Shown: piece by piece, positions 48,444 to 56,688 of the stretch
Layout: the number at the start of each line of letters is the position of its first letter
Position numbering within the stretch: position 1 is the stretch's first letter
From: Candidatus Omnitrophota bacterium
GTDB lineage: Bacteria > Omnitrophota > Gorgyraeia > 2-01-FULL-45-10
Assembly: GCA_020057115.1 (NCBI GenBank)
Contig: JAGVGJ010000027.1
Location: 5,058 to 69,057, forward strand
Direction: 5' to 3'
DNA: 64,000 nucleotides
Notes under the pieces: generated by a model
The model's database searches: none
Told to the model about the DNA's origin: nothing
What the model saw: only the letters and a program-made list of their open reading frames with translations
Made by a program: the position numbers and the translations under genes

Positions 48444-49558
48444 AAGTACTTCAGCTTACGACGCATATGAACATAGGGGGGATACCAAACTACATCCTGA
48501 CGCTCTCCGGCGCCCTGAGATCGAAAGGCGCGGAGTGCCTGGTCGCCTCGAGCGGCGGGGATCTCGTGCCGGAACTTGAAAGATCCGGCCTGCGGCATGT
48601 CGAGCTTGACATAAAGACCAAGTCTGAGCTGAGCCCGAAGGTGTTTAAGTCAGTATTCAATGTAGCGAGACTGATAAGATCAGAAGGCATCGACATAGTC
48701 CATGCCCACACGCGCGTCTCTCAAGTGGTGGCGTTCTTTGCATGCCGCTTGTCCGGAACGCCGTATGTCACGACTTGCCACGGCTACTTCAAGACCAGGT
48801 TCAGGAAGATATTTGATACCTGGGGAGAGACGGTGATAGCGATAAGTGATCCGGTCAGGGAGCATCTCGTAAAAGACCTTGGCGTAAAGAAGGAGCGCGT
48901 TGCGCTTGTATATAGCGGTATCGATGCATCGCGGTTTGCCGGAGATCATTCCAGGGATGAGATCCGCGCCATAAAAAAGTCTTACGGCTTGAAAGACGGC
49001 CCGGTCGTGGGCCACATAGGCAGGCTGTCTTCCGTCAAAGGACAGAAGTTCCTTGTGGAGGCGATGAAGCCCGTCATCTCAAATATGCCGGACGCCCAGC
49101 TGTTTATCATAGGCAATGGTCCGGAGGAGAAGGCCTTAAAGGCCCTTTCAAAGTCGCTCGGCATTGAAGGCTCTACGGTATTTCTTGATTCAGACCTCGA
49201 TACCCACAGGCTCCTGTCTGTCATGGACGTATTTGCATTTCCGTCGGTAAAGGAGGGACTCGGGATAGCGCTTCTGGAGGCGTTTGCTTCCGGCCGGGCT
49301 TGCGTTGCATCCGACATAGGCGGCATAAGCGATATCATAAAGAATCCGCTGGTCGGCCTGCTGGTCAGGGTCGGGGATACGAATGGCCTCTCCGGAGCCA
49401 TATTGAAGCTTCTGGCAGACGAGGGCCTTCGCAGCCGCATGGGAATGGCGGCCAGACAAGTAGCTAAGGACAGGTTCTCGCTCGACAGATGGTCTATCGG
49501 TGTCGCTAAAGTTTATAACGGCGTCTTAAAGAAAGATGGCTCAATTGAAAAAATTTAA
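48440..49558 (+). CDS. Glycosyltransferase family 4
   Basis: GGI, HAHTR, GRLSSVKG, EGLGIALLEA. Confidence 0.92.
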   Translation: MKVLQLTTHMNIGGIPNYILTLSGALRSKGAECLVASSGGDLVPELERSGLRHVELDIKTKSELSPKVFKSVFNVARLIRSEGIDIVHAHTRVSQVVAFFACRLSGTPYVTTCHGYFKTRFRKIFDTWGETVIAISDPVREHLVKDLGVKKERVALVYSGIDASRFAGDHSRDEIRAIKKSYGLKDGPVVGHIGRLSSVKGQKFLVEAMKPVISNMPDAQLFIIGNGPEEKALKALSKSLGIEGSTVFLDSDLDTHRLLSVMDVFAFPSVKEGLGIALLEAFASGRACVASDIGGISDIIKNPLVGLLVRVGDTNGLSGAILKLLADEGLRSRMGMAARQVAKDRFSLDRWSIGVAKVYNGVLKKDGSIEKI

Positions 49559-50345
49559 AAGGATACAAATGCTTTTGGCGTCAGTAGGCGCCGTTTCTGT
49601 CATCGTCATGATCGTATTCCTTAAGACCGCCTACGTGGTTCCCGTACTCATGTACCATTCTGTTGACGGTAATGAAAACGTGACCAAGCTTTCGGTGGCT
49701 CCGGAAAATTTTGAGTCCCAGATGGAATTCTTCCGCAAGAACCATTACAATGTGGTCGGGCTTGACAGGATCGTGTCTTACATGCAGAAGAAAGAGAAGA
49801 TGCCTGCCAGGACCGTAGCCATTACATTCGATGACGGATATTATAATAACTACAAATACGCTTATCCGGTTTTAAAAAAATACAATTTTCCGGCAACCAT
49901 ATTCATGATAACGAGCAAGATAGGCCAGGATGGCTGGTGCGGATGGAAAGAGCTGAAAGAGATGTCCGATTCAGGGATCATAACTATCGGAAGCCATACA
50001 AAATCGCATTTATGGCTTCCTGATATGGGCTCAAAGCAACTTAAGGAGGAGCTTATCGAGTCGAAGGCCATTCTTGAGAAGGGGCTTGGGAGGAGCGTAG
50101 ATTTCCTATGCTATCCTATAGGCGCCAGGAATGATCGCGTCGAGCGGTTTGCCAGGGACGCCGGCTACCTCGGGGCGGTGGCTACCAACCCCGGCAGGTT
50201 CAGTCCTTCAAACGACATATACGCCATAAAACGCATAAAGATATCACGGACATCACGCAATCATATAGTCTTATGGTTTGAATCTTCCGGTTACTACACA
50301 TGGATAAAAGAGCAGCGCAAAAGGGACCAGTATGAGTATGACTAA
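49536..50345 (+). CDS. Polysaccharide deacetylase family protein
   Basis: PVLMYH, ITFDDGY, GSHTKSH, CYPIG. Confidence 0.92.
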   Translation: MAQLKKFKRIQMLLASVGAVSVIVMIVFLKTAYVVPVLMYHSVDGNENVTKLSVAPENFESQMEFFRKNHYNVVGLDRIVSYMQKKEKMPARTVAITFDDGYYNNYKYAYPVLKKYNFPATIFMITSKIGQDGWCGWKELKEMSDSGIITIGSHTKSHLWLPDMGSKQLKEELIESKAILEKGLGRSVDFLCYPIGARNDRVERFARDAGYLGAVATNPGRFSPSNDIYAIKRIKISRTSRNHIVLWFESSGYYTWIKEQRKRDQYEYD

Positions 50346-51354
50346 GAGGATCCTGGTGGTCAATGTCAACTGGGTCGGAGACGTGATATTCTCGACGCCA
50401 TTTATAAAGGCGGTGCGGGAGGCGTATCCCGACGCCTATATCGCGTGCCTTATCCATCCGCGATGCAAGGAGATGCTTGAGGACAACCCGCGCCTTGACG
50501 AGCTTATTGCGTATGATGAAGAGGGCGAGCATGCCGGGCTTCTGGGCAAGGCCCGTCTTGTGATGGAGCTTAGGAAAAAGCGTTTTGATACAGCATTTAT
50601 ACTCCACAGGTCTTTTACGAAGGCGCTCCTGACGCGGCTTGCGGGGATAGAAGAGAGGATAGGGTATGCCACCAAGAACAGGGCTTTCGTCCTCACAAAA
50701 GCGGTCGAGATTCCCGACGAAGATATCCATAAGGTAGAATATTTCCTGGGTCTTGCAAGGGCCGCCGGGATCGCGCCTAAAGACAATTCATATGAATTTT
50801 TTGTAGGAGATAAAGAGAAGAAGGCCGTCAGGGAATTCCTGGCCAAAAGCGGCATATCGGAGAATGACAGGCTTGTCGTGATATGTCCTGGCGGTAACTG
50901 GGACCCCAAGAGATGGCCGAAGGACAAGTTCGCGAAGCTGTCGGACCTTCTGATCGAGAGGTTTGGCGTCAAGGTAGTCATTGCCGGCGCAAAGAAGGAT
51001 ATAAACCTAGCCGCGGACATAAAGAAGCGTATGAATAATCCCGCAGTCATAGCGTGCGGTACCACGACCCTTAAGGAGCTCGGAGCGCTTCTTGGCCGCG
51101 CGGCGCTCGTGATAGCAAATGATACGGGCCCCATGCACATGGCGGTCGCCGTCGGAGCTAAGACTATAGCGCTCTTCGGGCCCACATCCCCGAAGCTGAC
51201 CGGGCCATATGGCAAGGGCGAATACGAAGTGATATCCCGATATGAAAAGTGCGATATACCATGCTACGACGTCGCGTGCAAGGACTACAAATGCATGAAT
51301 TCCATCAAAGTGGAAGAGGTCCTGGAGGCCTCAGATCAGATGCTTAAGGAATGA
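50332..51354 (+). CDS. waaF: LPS heptosyltransferase II-like (GT9)
   Basis: NWVGDVI, KRWP, NDTGPMHMA, LFGPT. Confidence 0.8.
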   Translation: MSMTKRILVVNVNWVGDVIFSTPFIKAVREAYPDAYIACLIHPRCKEMLEDNPRLDELIAYDEEGEHAGLLGKARLVMELRKKRFDTAFILHRSFTKALLTRLAGIEERIGYATKNRAFVLTKAVEIPDEDIHKVEYFLGLARAAGIAPKDNSYEFFVGDKEKKAVREFLAKSGISENDRLVVICPGGNWDPKRWPKDKFAKLSDLLIERFGVKVVIAGAKKDINLAADIKKRMNNPAVIACGTTTLKELGALLGRAALVIANDTGPMHMAVAVGAKTIALFGPTSPKLTGPYGKGEYEVISRYEKCDIPCYDVACKDYKCMNSIKVEEVLEASDQMLKE

Positions 51355-52340
51355 ATATGCAGATAGACAAGTCGGCGGTGAACAGGATACTCGTGATAAC
51401 GCTCAGTAACGTGGGGGACGTGATACTTACGACTCCCGTAATCCGGGCGCTGGCAAAAGAGTTTCCAGGTGCTAGGATAGATGTCATGGTGGGCCCGAGC
51501 GGAAAGGCCGTATTCGAAAAGGACCCGCGCATATTTAAGGTGATAGTTTATGACAAGCACCTTCCGATGGTCCAGAAGCGGAGGCTGCAACTTAAGCTCA
51601 GCAAGCTTAAATATGACATGGTCGTGGACTTGAAGAACACCATATTTCCGCTCCTTATCGGGCCGAAGTTCAGGACAGCGACCATACAGCGCTTTCCCAG
51701 GAGTATCGTCCACAGCGGCAAGAAGCATCTCTACAGGCTCGCTTCCCTGGGGATAGATAACACGGCCGAGCCCTCATATATCTACATACCTCGTGAAGAT
51801 GAAGATTACGTCGAGGGCCTGCTTAAGGGGAACAAGATCCGGGATCCTATAGTCGTGATAAATCCCGGAGCGAAGAGCCATCTAAAGAGATGGGCGCCGG
51901 AAGGTTTCGCCGAGGTTGCGGACAGGATGATCGAGGAGTGCGGGGCGAGCGTCATATTCGTCGGTATGGATGCGGACAAAGAGGTCGTTGCCAAGATATT
52001 GTTCAAGATGAAGAAGGAGCCTTTTAACTTTGTGGGGAAGACGAATATACGGCAGCTGGCGGCTCTCCTCTCAAGGGCGAAGCTCCTCATAACCAATGAC
52101 AGCGCCCCGCTCCACCTGGGCTGTGCCGTCAAGACTAAGGTCCTCGCCATATTCGGCCCGACCGATCCGGAAAAGTACGGGCCCACGGGAGATCTGGATA
52201 TAGTTATGTCGACGAAGCTCTCATGCTCGCCGTGCGAATCGGCTGCATGCAAAAATAATTACGAGTGCATGAAGCTCATACCCTCCGAAGAGGTCTTTGA
52301 GACAGCGAAGCTGATGGTAGAAGGGTATGAGGAAGAATGA
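51351..52340 (+). CDS. Glycosyltransferase family 9
   Basis: SNVGDVIL, KRW, NDSAPLHL, IFGPT. Confidence 0.9.
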   Translation: MNMQIDKSAVNRILVITLSNVGDVILTTPVIRALAKEFPGARIDVMVGPSGKAVFEKDPRIFKVIVYDKHLPMVQKRRLQLKLSKLKYDMVVDLKNTIFPLLIGPKFRTATIQRFPRSIVHSGKKHLYRLASLGIDNTAEPSYIYIPREDEDYVEGLLKGNKIRDPIVVINPGAKSHLKRWAPEGFAEVADRMIEECGASVIFVGMDADKEVVAKILFKMKKEPFNFVGKTNIRQLAALLSRAKLLITNDSAPLHLGCAVKTKVLAIFGPTDPEKYGPTGDLDIVMSTKLSCSPCESAACKNNYECMKLIPSEEVFETAKLMVEGYEEE

Positions 52341-53383
52341 GCATCCAAAATCAAAATTCAAAAGTAAAAAGTAGAAATTACAAGAAGATCCTTATCGTAC
52401 GGCTCGACAGGATAGGCGATGTCGTATTGTCGACGCCTGTAATAAAAGCCGTCCGCGAGGCTTATCCCGCAAGCCACATAGCCTTCCTTGTAAGGCCTTA
52501 TGCCGAAGATGCGGTGAAAGGCAACCCGTATCTCGACGAGGTCATAACTTACGATAAGAAGGGTACGCTTAAATTTATCCTCAAGCTGGCGAGGAAGCGC
52601 TTTGAGCTTGCGATAATACTCCATCCTACGTCGCGCACGCACTGGGTGACATTATTGGCATGCATACCCGAGAGGGTCGGCTATGACAAAAAGATGGGAA
52701 CCCTGCTTACGGATAGGATCCCGCACAAAAAGGAACTGGGGCTAAAACACGAGGTCGATTATACTCTCGACATATTGGAACATATCGGCATCGCGGCAAA
52801 GGACAGGGCCCTATATTTTCCTATAAAGCGCGAGAGCGAGAAGAAGGTCAGGGACATTTTCGCCAGGGGCGGGATAAGAGAATCGGATGCCATAGTCGTC
52901 CTTAACCCTTCGGCAAGCTGTCCGTCAAAGAGATGGAGGCCTGAAAGTTTCGCGAATGTCGGAGACGCCATCGCAGAGCGGCTGGGCGCAAAGATAGTCA
53001 TCATATCGGATCTTAAGGACAGGGTTTTTGCGGACCAGGTGGCTAATGCGATGAGAATGGGCTCGTTCAACATCGCCGGGATGACGACCGTGGCGGACCT
53101 CGGAAGCGTGCTGAAGCGCGCGAAGCTGTTCATATCCAATGATTCCGGCCCGGTCCATATAGCGTGCGCCGTGGGAACGCCCGTCATAGCCATATTCGGC
53201 CGCAAGGATGCGGGGCTCTCGCCAAAGCGCTGGGGGCCGCGGGGGAAGAGGGATATAGTCCTGCATAAGGACGTCGGGTGCGATGTCTGCCTGGCGCATA
53301 ATTGCAATATCGCGTTCAAGTGCCTCGAGGAGATAACTCCTGAAGAGGTTATCTCTGCGGCGGCCACGATCCTGAAGAAGTAG
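52337..53383 (+). CDS. Glycosyltransferase family 9
   Basis: DRIGDVVL, KRW, NDSGPVHIA. Confidence 0.9.
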   Translation: MSIQNQNSKVKSRNYKKILIVRLDRIGDVVLSTPVIKAVREAYPASHIAFLVRPYAEDAVKGNPYLDEVITYDKKGTLKFILKLARKRFELAIILHPTSRTHWVTLLACIPERVGYDKKMGTLLTDRIPHKKELGLKHEVDYTLDILEHIGIAAKDRALYFPIKRESEKKVRDIFARGGIRESDAIVVLNPSASCPSKRWRPESFANVGDAIAERLGAKIVIISDLKDRVFADQVANAMRMGSFNIAGMTTVADLGSVLKRAKLFISNDSGPVHIACAVGTPVIAIFGRKDAGLSPKRWGPRGKRDIVLHKDVGCDVCLAHNCNIAFKCLEEITPEEVISAAATILKK

Positions 53384-53400
53384 CTTCTCGAGTATCGTGA

Positions 53401-53532
53401 ACCCTCTTAAGTGCGGGGTATCTTTACGCGAACGTAAAATTTCCAGCGGAAATTTTACTCGGATAATCGCTATCTTCGTTGAAAGATAGCGATTATCGAC
53501 GTCGCTTCAAGACACCCCGCACTTAAGAGGGT
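53401..53532 (-). repeat. Three-way-junction module copy 1 (100-nt core 53417-53516 plus 16-bp outer stem)
   Basis: Minus strand: GGTGTCTTGAAGCGACGTCGA-[32]-TCCGA-[25]-GTTCGCGTAAAGATACC, enclosed by ACCCTCTTAAGTGCGG/CCGCACTTAAGAGGGT. Confidence 0.85.
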
Positions 53533-53727
53533 AGCTAGTTGCTCCAAGACCACCTCAGCGTCCGCCCGCTACATGAGATCGCAACCTGGGGGGCGGCGAT
53601 TGGATCACGCTCTACACGGAAAGCGGGTGAGTGATCCAATAAAACATTAAGGCGTCGTTTGTAGCGATGACGAGGGAGAATCTTCCTTATATAGCAATGT
53701 ACGGCGTGCTGTCATGTAGGCCCTGGA

Positions 53728-53841
53728 GGGGTAAGGTGTCCTGAAGCGACGTCGAAGGTTGCGATTTTTCAGCGAAAATCGCAACCTTCCGAACGACGTT
53801 CCCTCCGGGAACGGAGTGTTCGCGCAAGGACACCTTACCCC
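53728..53841 (+). repeat. Three-way-junction module copy 2 (100-nt core 53735-53834 plus 7-bp outer stem)
   Basis: GGTGTCCTGAAGCGACGTCGA-[32]-TCCGA-[25]-GTTCGCGCAAGGACACC, enclosed by GGGGTAA/TTACCCC. Confidence 0.85.
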
Positions 53842-53901
53842 GAAAGGGCTATCACAGGGGAACGAGGATGAAAATTCGAATGAGGAGGAGATTTGGGCAA
53901 C

Positions 53902-53932
53902 AAAAAAGACCCTCATTCGAGAAGGTCTTTTT
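53902..53932. terminator. Bidirectional intrinsic terminator
   Basis: AAAAAAGACC-CTCATTCGAGAA-GGTCTTTTT; A-tract on one side, T-tract on the other. Confidence 0.75.
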
Positions 53933-53990
53933 AGAAGGTGATAGGCCTTAAATAGCTTTCGCTATCGTTCCATCTCCTTTGTATCTTTCT
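53902..53990 (-). ncRNA. Candidate ~90-nt antisense small RNA
   Basis: Minus-strand promoter upstream, AUAGC-GAAA-GCUAU hairpin inside an AAGGAGAUGG/CUAUCACCUU stem, ends at a terminator; no ORF. Confidence 0.45.
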
Positions 53991-53996
53991 ACTTAA

Positions 53997-54025
53997 AGTA
54001 TGCCACAAGAAAACGAAAAAGGCAA
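53997..54025 (-). promoter_or_regulatory. Minus-strand sigma70-type promoter
   Basis: TTGCCT(54025-54020)-N17-CATACT(54002-53997), with TGTGG preceding the -10. Confidence 0.55.
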
Positions 54026-54029
54026 GGGT

Positions 54030-54176
54030 ATGAGGCAAAAAATCTCAAGGGCAATATTCTGGCTTCTGTTCGCATTCTGCGTCATCTCCCTGATAGTGGA
54101 GTTCAAAAAGACCTGCGGCGAAAGATGCGCGGCTCCCGGAAGAGAGCCGGCGTCGATCACAGAGAGGGCAAAATGA
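54030..54176 (+). CDS. Small (48 aa) single-TM protein, below the ORF-track cutoff
   Basis: MRQKISRAIFWLLFAFCVISLIVEFKKTCGERCAAPGREPASITERAK*; its TGA overlaps the next ATG (ATGA). Confidence 0.55.
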   Translation: MRQKISRAIFWLLFAFCVISLIVEFKKTCGERCAAPGREPASITERAK

Positions 54177-54655
54177 AGGAATTCATCGAAAAAGCCATAA
54201 GCATAATAAAGAAGAGGGAGTTCGTGATCGTCGCTACATGCGATCTGGATAACAACCCTAATGCCGCGCCTAAATTCGTTCTCAAATTGGATAAGGATTC
54301 GATATATCTTATCGATTATATCATGGGCAGGACCTATGATAACCTAAAGATAAATCCGAGGGTATCTCTGTCATTCACGGACCCGCGGACTCTTAAAGGT
54401 TATCAGATCAACGGCTCGGTCGATATCATAGAGAAAGGCCCGGTCTATAAGATGATATTCGAAGAACTGGATGCCAGGAAGGTCAATCTTACGGCAAAGC
54501 ATATCATTGAAGAGGTCCGCGGGGAGAGCAAGCATGACAGCTTTGAAGTGACGATGTCCGAAAGGTTCGTTATACTTAAAGTGGGAATGTATGAGATAGC
54601 CGAGATGAGTCCTACCGGAGAGCTTGCCAGGAAGAGGCTCAAGGACCATTCATAG
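54173..54655 (+). CDS. Pyridoxamine 5'-phosphate oxidase-like FMN-binding family protein
   Basis: IVATCDLDNNPNAAPK, RTYDNLKINPRVSL, GYQING; RBS AGAGGG before ATG 54173. Confidence 0.85.
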   Translation: MKEFIEKAISIIKKREFVIVATCDLDNNPNAAPKFVLKLDKDSIYLIDYIMGRTYDNLKINPRVSLSFTDPRTLKGYQINGSVDIIEKGPVYKMIFEELDARKVNLTAKHIIEEVRGESKHDSFEVTMSERFVILKVGMYEIAEMSPTGELARKRLKDHS

Positions 54656-54672
54656 CATATAATATATTATAT

Positions 54673-54701
54673 TTGACGGTATATTATCTTCATGTTAAAA
54701 T
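54673..54701 (+). promoter_or_regulatory. Sigma70 promoter of the heptose/Kdo operon
   Basis: TTGACG(54673-54678)-N17-TAAAAT(54696-54701) with extended TG. Confidence 0.7.
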
Positions 54702-54724
54702 AACCCATTCAAGAAGGAAAATTG

Positions 54725-55663
54725 ATGAAAAGAGAGAGAGTAGACCTTTCGAAGATAAAGACCATTCCTCTTAACGCGAGGAAGTGTAAAGTATGCGTAA
54801 GCGACTTTGCCAAGGTCACCAAGAAAGGCGGCTCGTTCAAAGAGTTCTACGAGTCGCTTCCCAACATACTTGCAAGCCAGAACCTGCAGATAGTCGTAGA
54901 CGCCGTAGTGAAGGCGCATAAAGACGGTAAGAGCGTTGTCTTCATGATGGGCGCGCACGTGATCAAGTGCGGGCTGTCGCCGCTGGTGATAGACCTGATG
55001 AAGAGAGGCGTGCTCAAGGCGGTCGCTTTGAACGGCGCCGGCGTGATCCACGACACGGAGATAGCCATGATAGGCAGGACGAGCGAGGACGTGGGCGAGG
55101 CGATACTCGACGGATCGTTCGGCATGGCGAAGGAGACGGCGTCTTTCATAAATGACGCCATAAGCGACGGATTCAAGAATGGCATCGGCATAGGCGAGGC
55201 GGTGGGCAGCCGCATACTTCGCGACAAGCTGCCCCATAAAGACTTAAGCATACTTGCCGTCGGCCATGAGCTGAACGTGCCCGTCACAGCGCATGTCGCC
55301 ATCGGCACCGACATAATCCACCAGCATCCGTCGGCAAACGGCGCCGCGATCGGCGAGGGCTCGCTCCTCGATTTCAGGAATTTCATATATTCTCTCTCGA
55401 ATCTCGAGGACGGGGTCGTCATAAACTTCGGCTCCGCGGTAATATTACCGGAGGTATTTTTAAAAGCGGTAACCGTAGCGCGCAATCTCGGTTTTAAGCT
55501 CGAGCGTTTTACGACGGCGAATTTCGACATGATAAGCCAGTACAGGCCTTACCAGAACATACTCTCAAGGCCCACGTCGAAGGGCGGGAGAGGTTATAAC
55601 GTAATAGGGCATCATGAGATAATGATGCCTTTACTTTACCGGTCGATAATAGAGAAACTATAA
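54725..55663 (+). CDS. Conserved protein with deoxyhypusine-synthase-like fold, unknown function
   Basis: MGAHVIKCGL, NGAGVIHD, HVAIGTD, GSAVILPEVFLKA, GHHEIM. Confidence 0.65.
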   Translation: MKRERVDLSKIKTIPLNARKCKVCVSDFAKVTKKGGSFKEFYESLPNILASQNLQIVVDAVVKAHKDGKSVVFMMGAHVIKCGLSPLVIDLMKRGVLKAVALNGAGVIHDTEIAMIGRTSEDVGEAILDGSFGMAKETASFINDAISDGFKNGIGIGEAVGSRILRDKLPHKDLSILAVGHELNVPVTAHVAIGTDIIHQHPSANGAAIGEGSLLDFRNFIYSLSNLEDGVVINFGSAVILPEVFLKAVTVARNLGFKLERFTTANFDMISQYRPYQNILSRPTSKGGRGYNVIGHHEIMMPLLYRSIIEKL

Positions 55664-56665
55664 ATGGCAAGCAAATACGCGGCAAGACTTGAGAAGGTCA
55701 TAGGAAATTTCGGGGATCGCAAGGTGCTCGTTATAGGCGACCTGATACTCGACGAATTCATCTGGGGCGATGTCTCAAGGATATCTCCCGAGGCGCCGGT
55801 CCCTGTCGTATGGGTTAAGAAAGAGAGCTTCATGCCGGGCGGCGCATCTAACGTTGCGAATAATCTGAGTTCTCTCGGCGCCAAGGTCTATCTCGCAGGC
55901 ATGATAGGCGGTGATGAGCATGGCGCCATACTTAAAGGCGAGCTTGAGCAGAAGGGCATAAATGTCGACGGCGTCCTGACCGACGAGTCCCGGCCCACGA
56001 TATTAAAGACAAGGGTCGTCGCCGGTCATCAGCAGGTATGCAGGATAGACAAGGAGACGGTCGGTCCGCTGGGGGACAATATCGTAGCGAGGATGATAAG
56101 ATACGTCAGGTCCATAATAGACGACGTAGATGCGGTCATCATAGAAGACTATGGCAAGGGCGCCATAAGTCCGAAGCTCTTGAAGGCTATACTCCCGCTC
56201 GCGCGTTCGCGCGGCAAGATAATATCCGTAGATCCCAAAGAAGAGCATTTCAAGTATTACAGGGGGATAAGCGTGATCACCCCGAATAATCACGAGGCCT
56301 CAAGGGCGGTCGGCTTCCAAATAAAAGACGACGCGACGCTGAAGAAAGCGGGGGCGGCGCTCCTTAACAAGATAAAGTGTAAGATCGCGCTCATAACCCT
56401 GGGTGAGAATGGCATGGCGGTATTCCAGAAGGGCAAGCCCATGAAGCAGATACCTACGGTAGCGCAGGAAGTATTCGACGTTTCCGGAGCGGGCGATACG
56501 GCCATAGCAAGCTATACTCTTTCGCTAGCCGCAGGCGCCGATCCGGTTCAGGCGGCATACATAGCGAATTGTGCCGCAGGCATAGTCGTAGGCAAAATAG
56601 GGATAGCCGTAGTGGCGCCCGACGAACTTATTAAAAGGGTCAAGAGAGAACTGGGAAAACTATAA
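55664..56665 (+). CDS. rfaE1: D-glycero-beta-D-manno-heptose-7-phosphate kinase (HldE/RfaE kinase domain)
   Basis: RISPEAPVPV, GGASNVA, DYGKG, TPN, DVSGAGDT. Confidence 0.93.
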   Translation: MASKYAARLEKVIGNFGDRKVLVIGDLILDEFIWGDVSRISPEAPVPVVWVKKESFMPGGASNVANNLSSLGAKVYLAGMIGGDEHGAILKGELEQKGINVDGVLTDESRPTILKTRVVAGHQQVCRIDKETVGPLGDNIVARMIRYVRSIIDDVDAVIIEDYGKGAISPKLLKAILPLARSRGKIISVDPKEEHFKYYRGISVITPNNHEASRAVGFQIKDDATLKKAGAALLNKIKCKIALITLGENGMAVFQKGKPMKQIPTVAQEVFDVSGAGDTAIASYTLSLAAGADPVQAAYIANCAAGIVVGKIGIAVVAPDELIKRVKRELGKL

Positions 56666-56688
56666 ATATCTTAGGAGGTGAGGGACAG

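Noticed and set aside
53417-53834. Integron attC sites or hammerhead ribozymes
   Set aside because: No RYYYAAC/GTTRRRY pair, the copies are inverted with no cassette ORF, and CTGAAGC is not the CUGANGA...GAAA core.
53533-53870. HEARO/omega RNA (GACCA-CCTCAG..CTAC, TTACCCCGAAAGGG resemblance)
   Set aside because: Only short motif echoes; no downstream IscB/IsrB (PLMP) ORF and no GTCAAC 5' end. Cannot be supported without a covariance-model search.
53647-53941. ORFs 53759-53941 (+) and 53647-53916 (-)
   Set aside because: They run through palindromic modules and a terminator, with no RBS or recognisable motifs.
53935-53980. Fluoride riboswitch on the minus strand (GGAGATGG...GCTA...CCTA)
   Set aside because: It lacks the RTTC(C/G)(T/C)C pairing segment and the UGA metal-binding motif, and no crcB-type gene follows.
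54652-54680. Second dif-like palindrome ATATAATATATTATAT
   Set aside because: Wrong spacer length and low complexity; better explained as AT-rich DNA upstream of a promoter.
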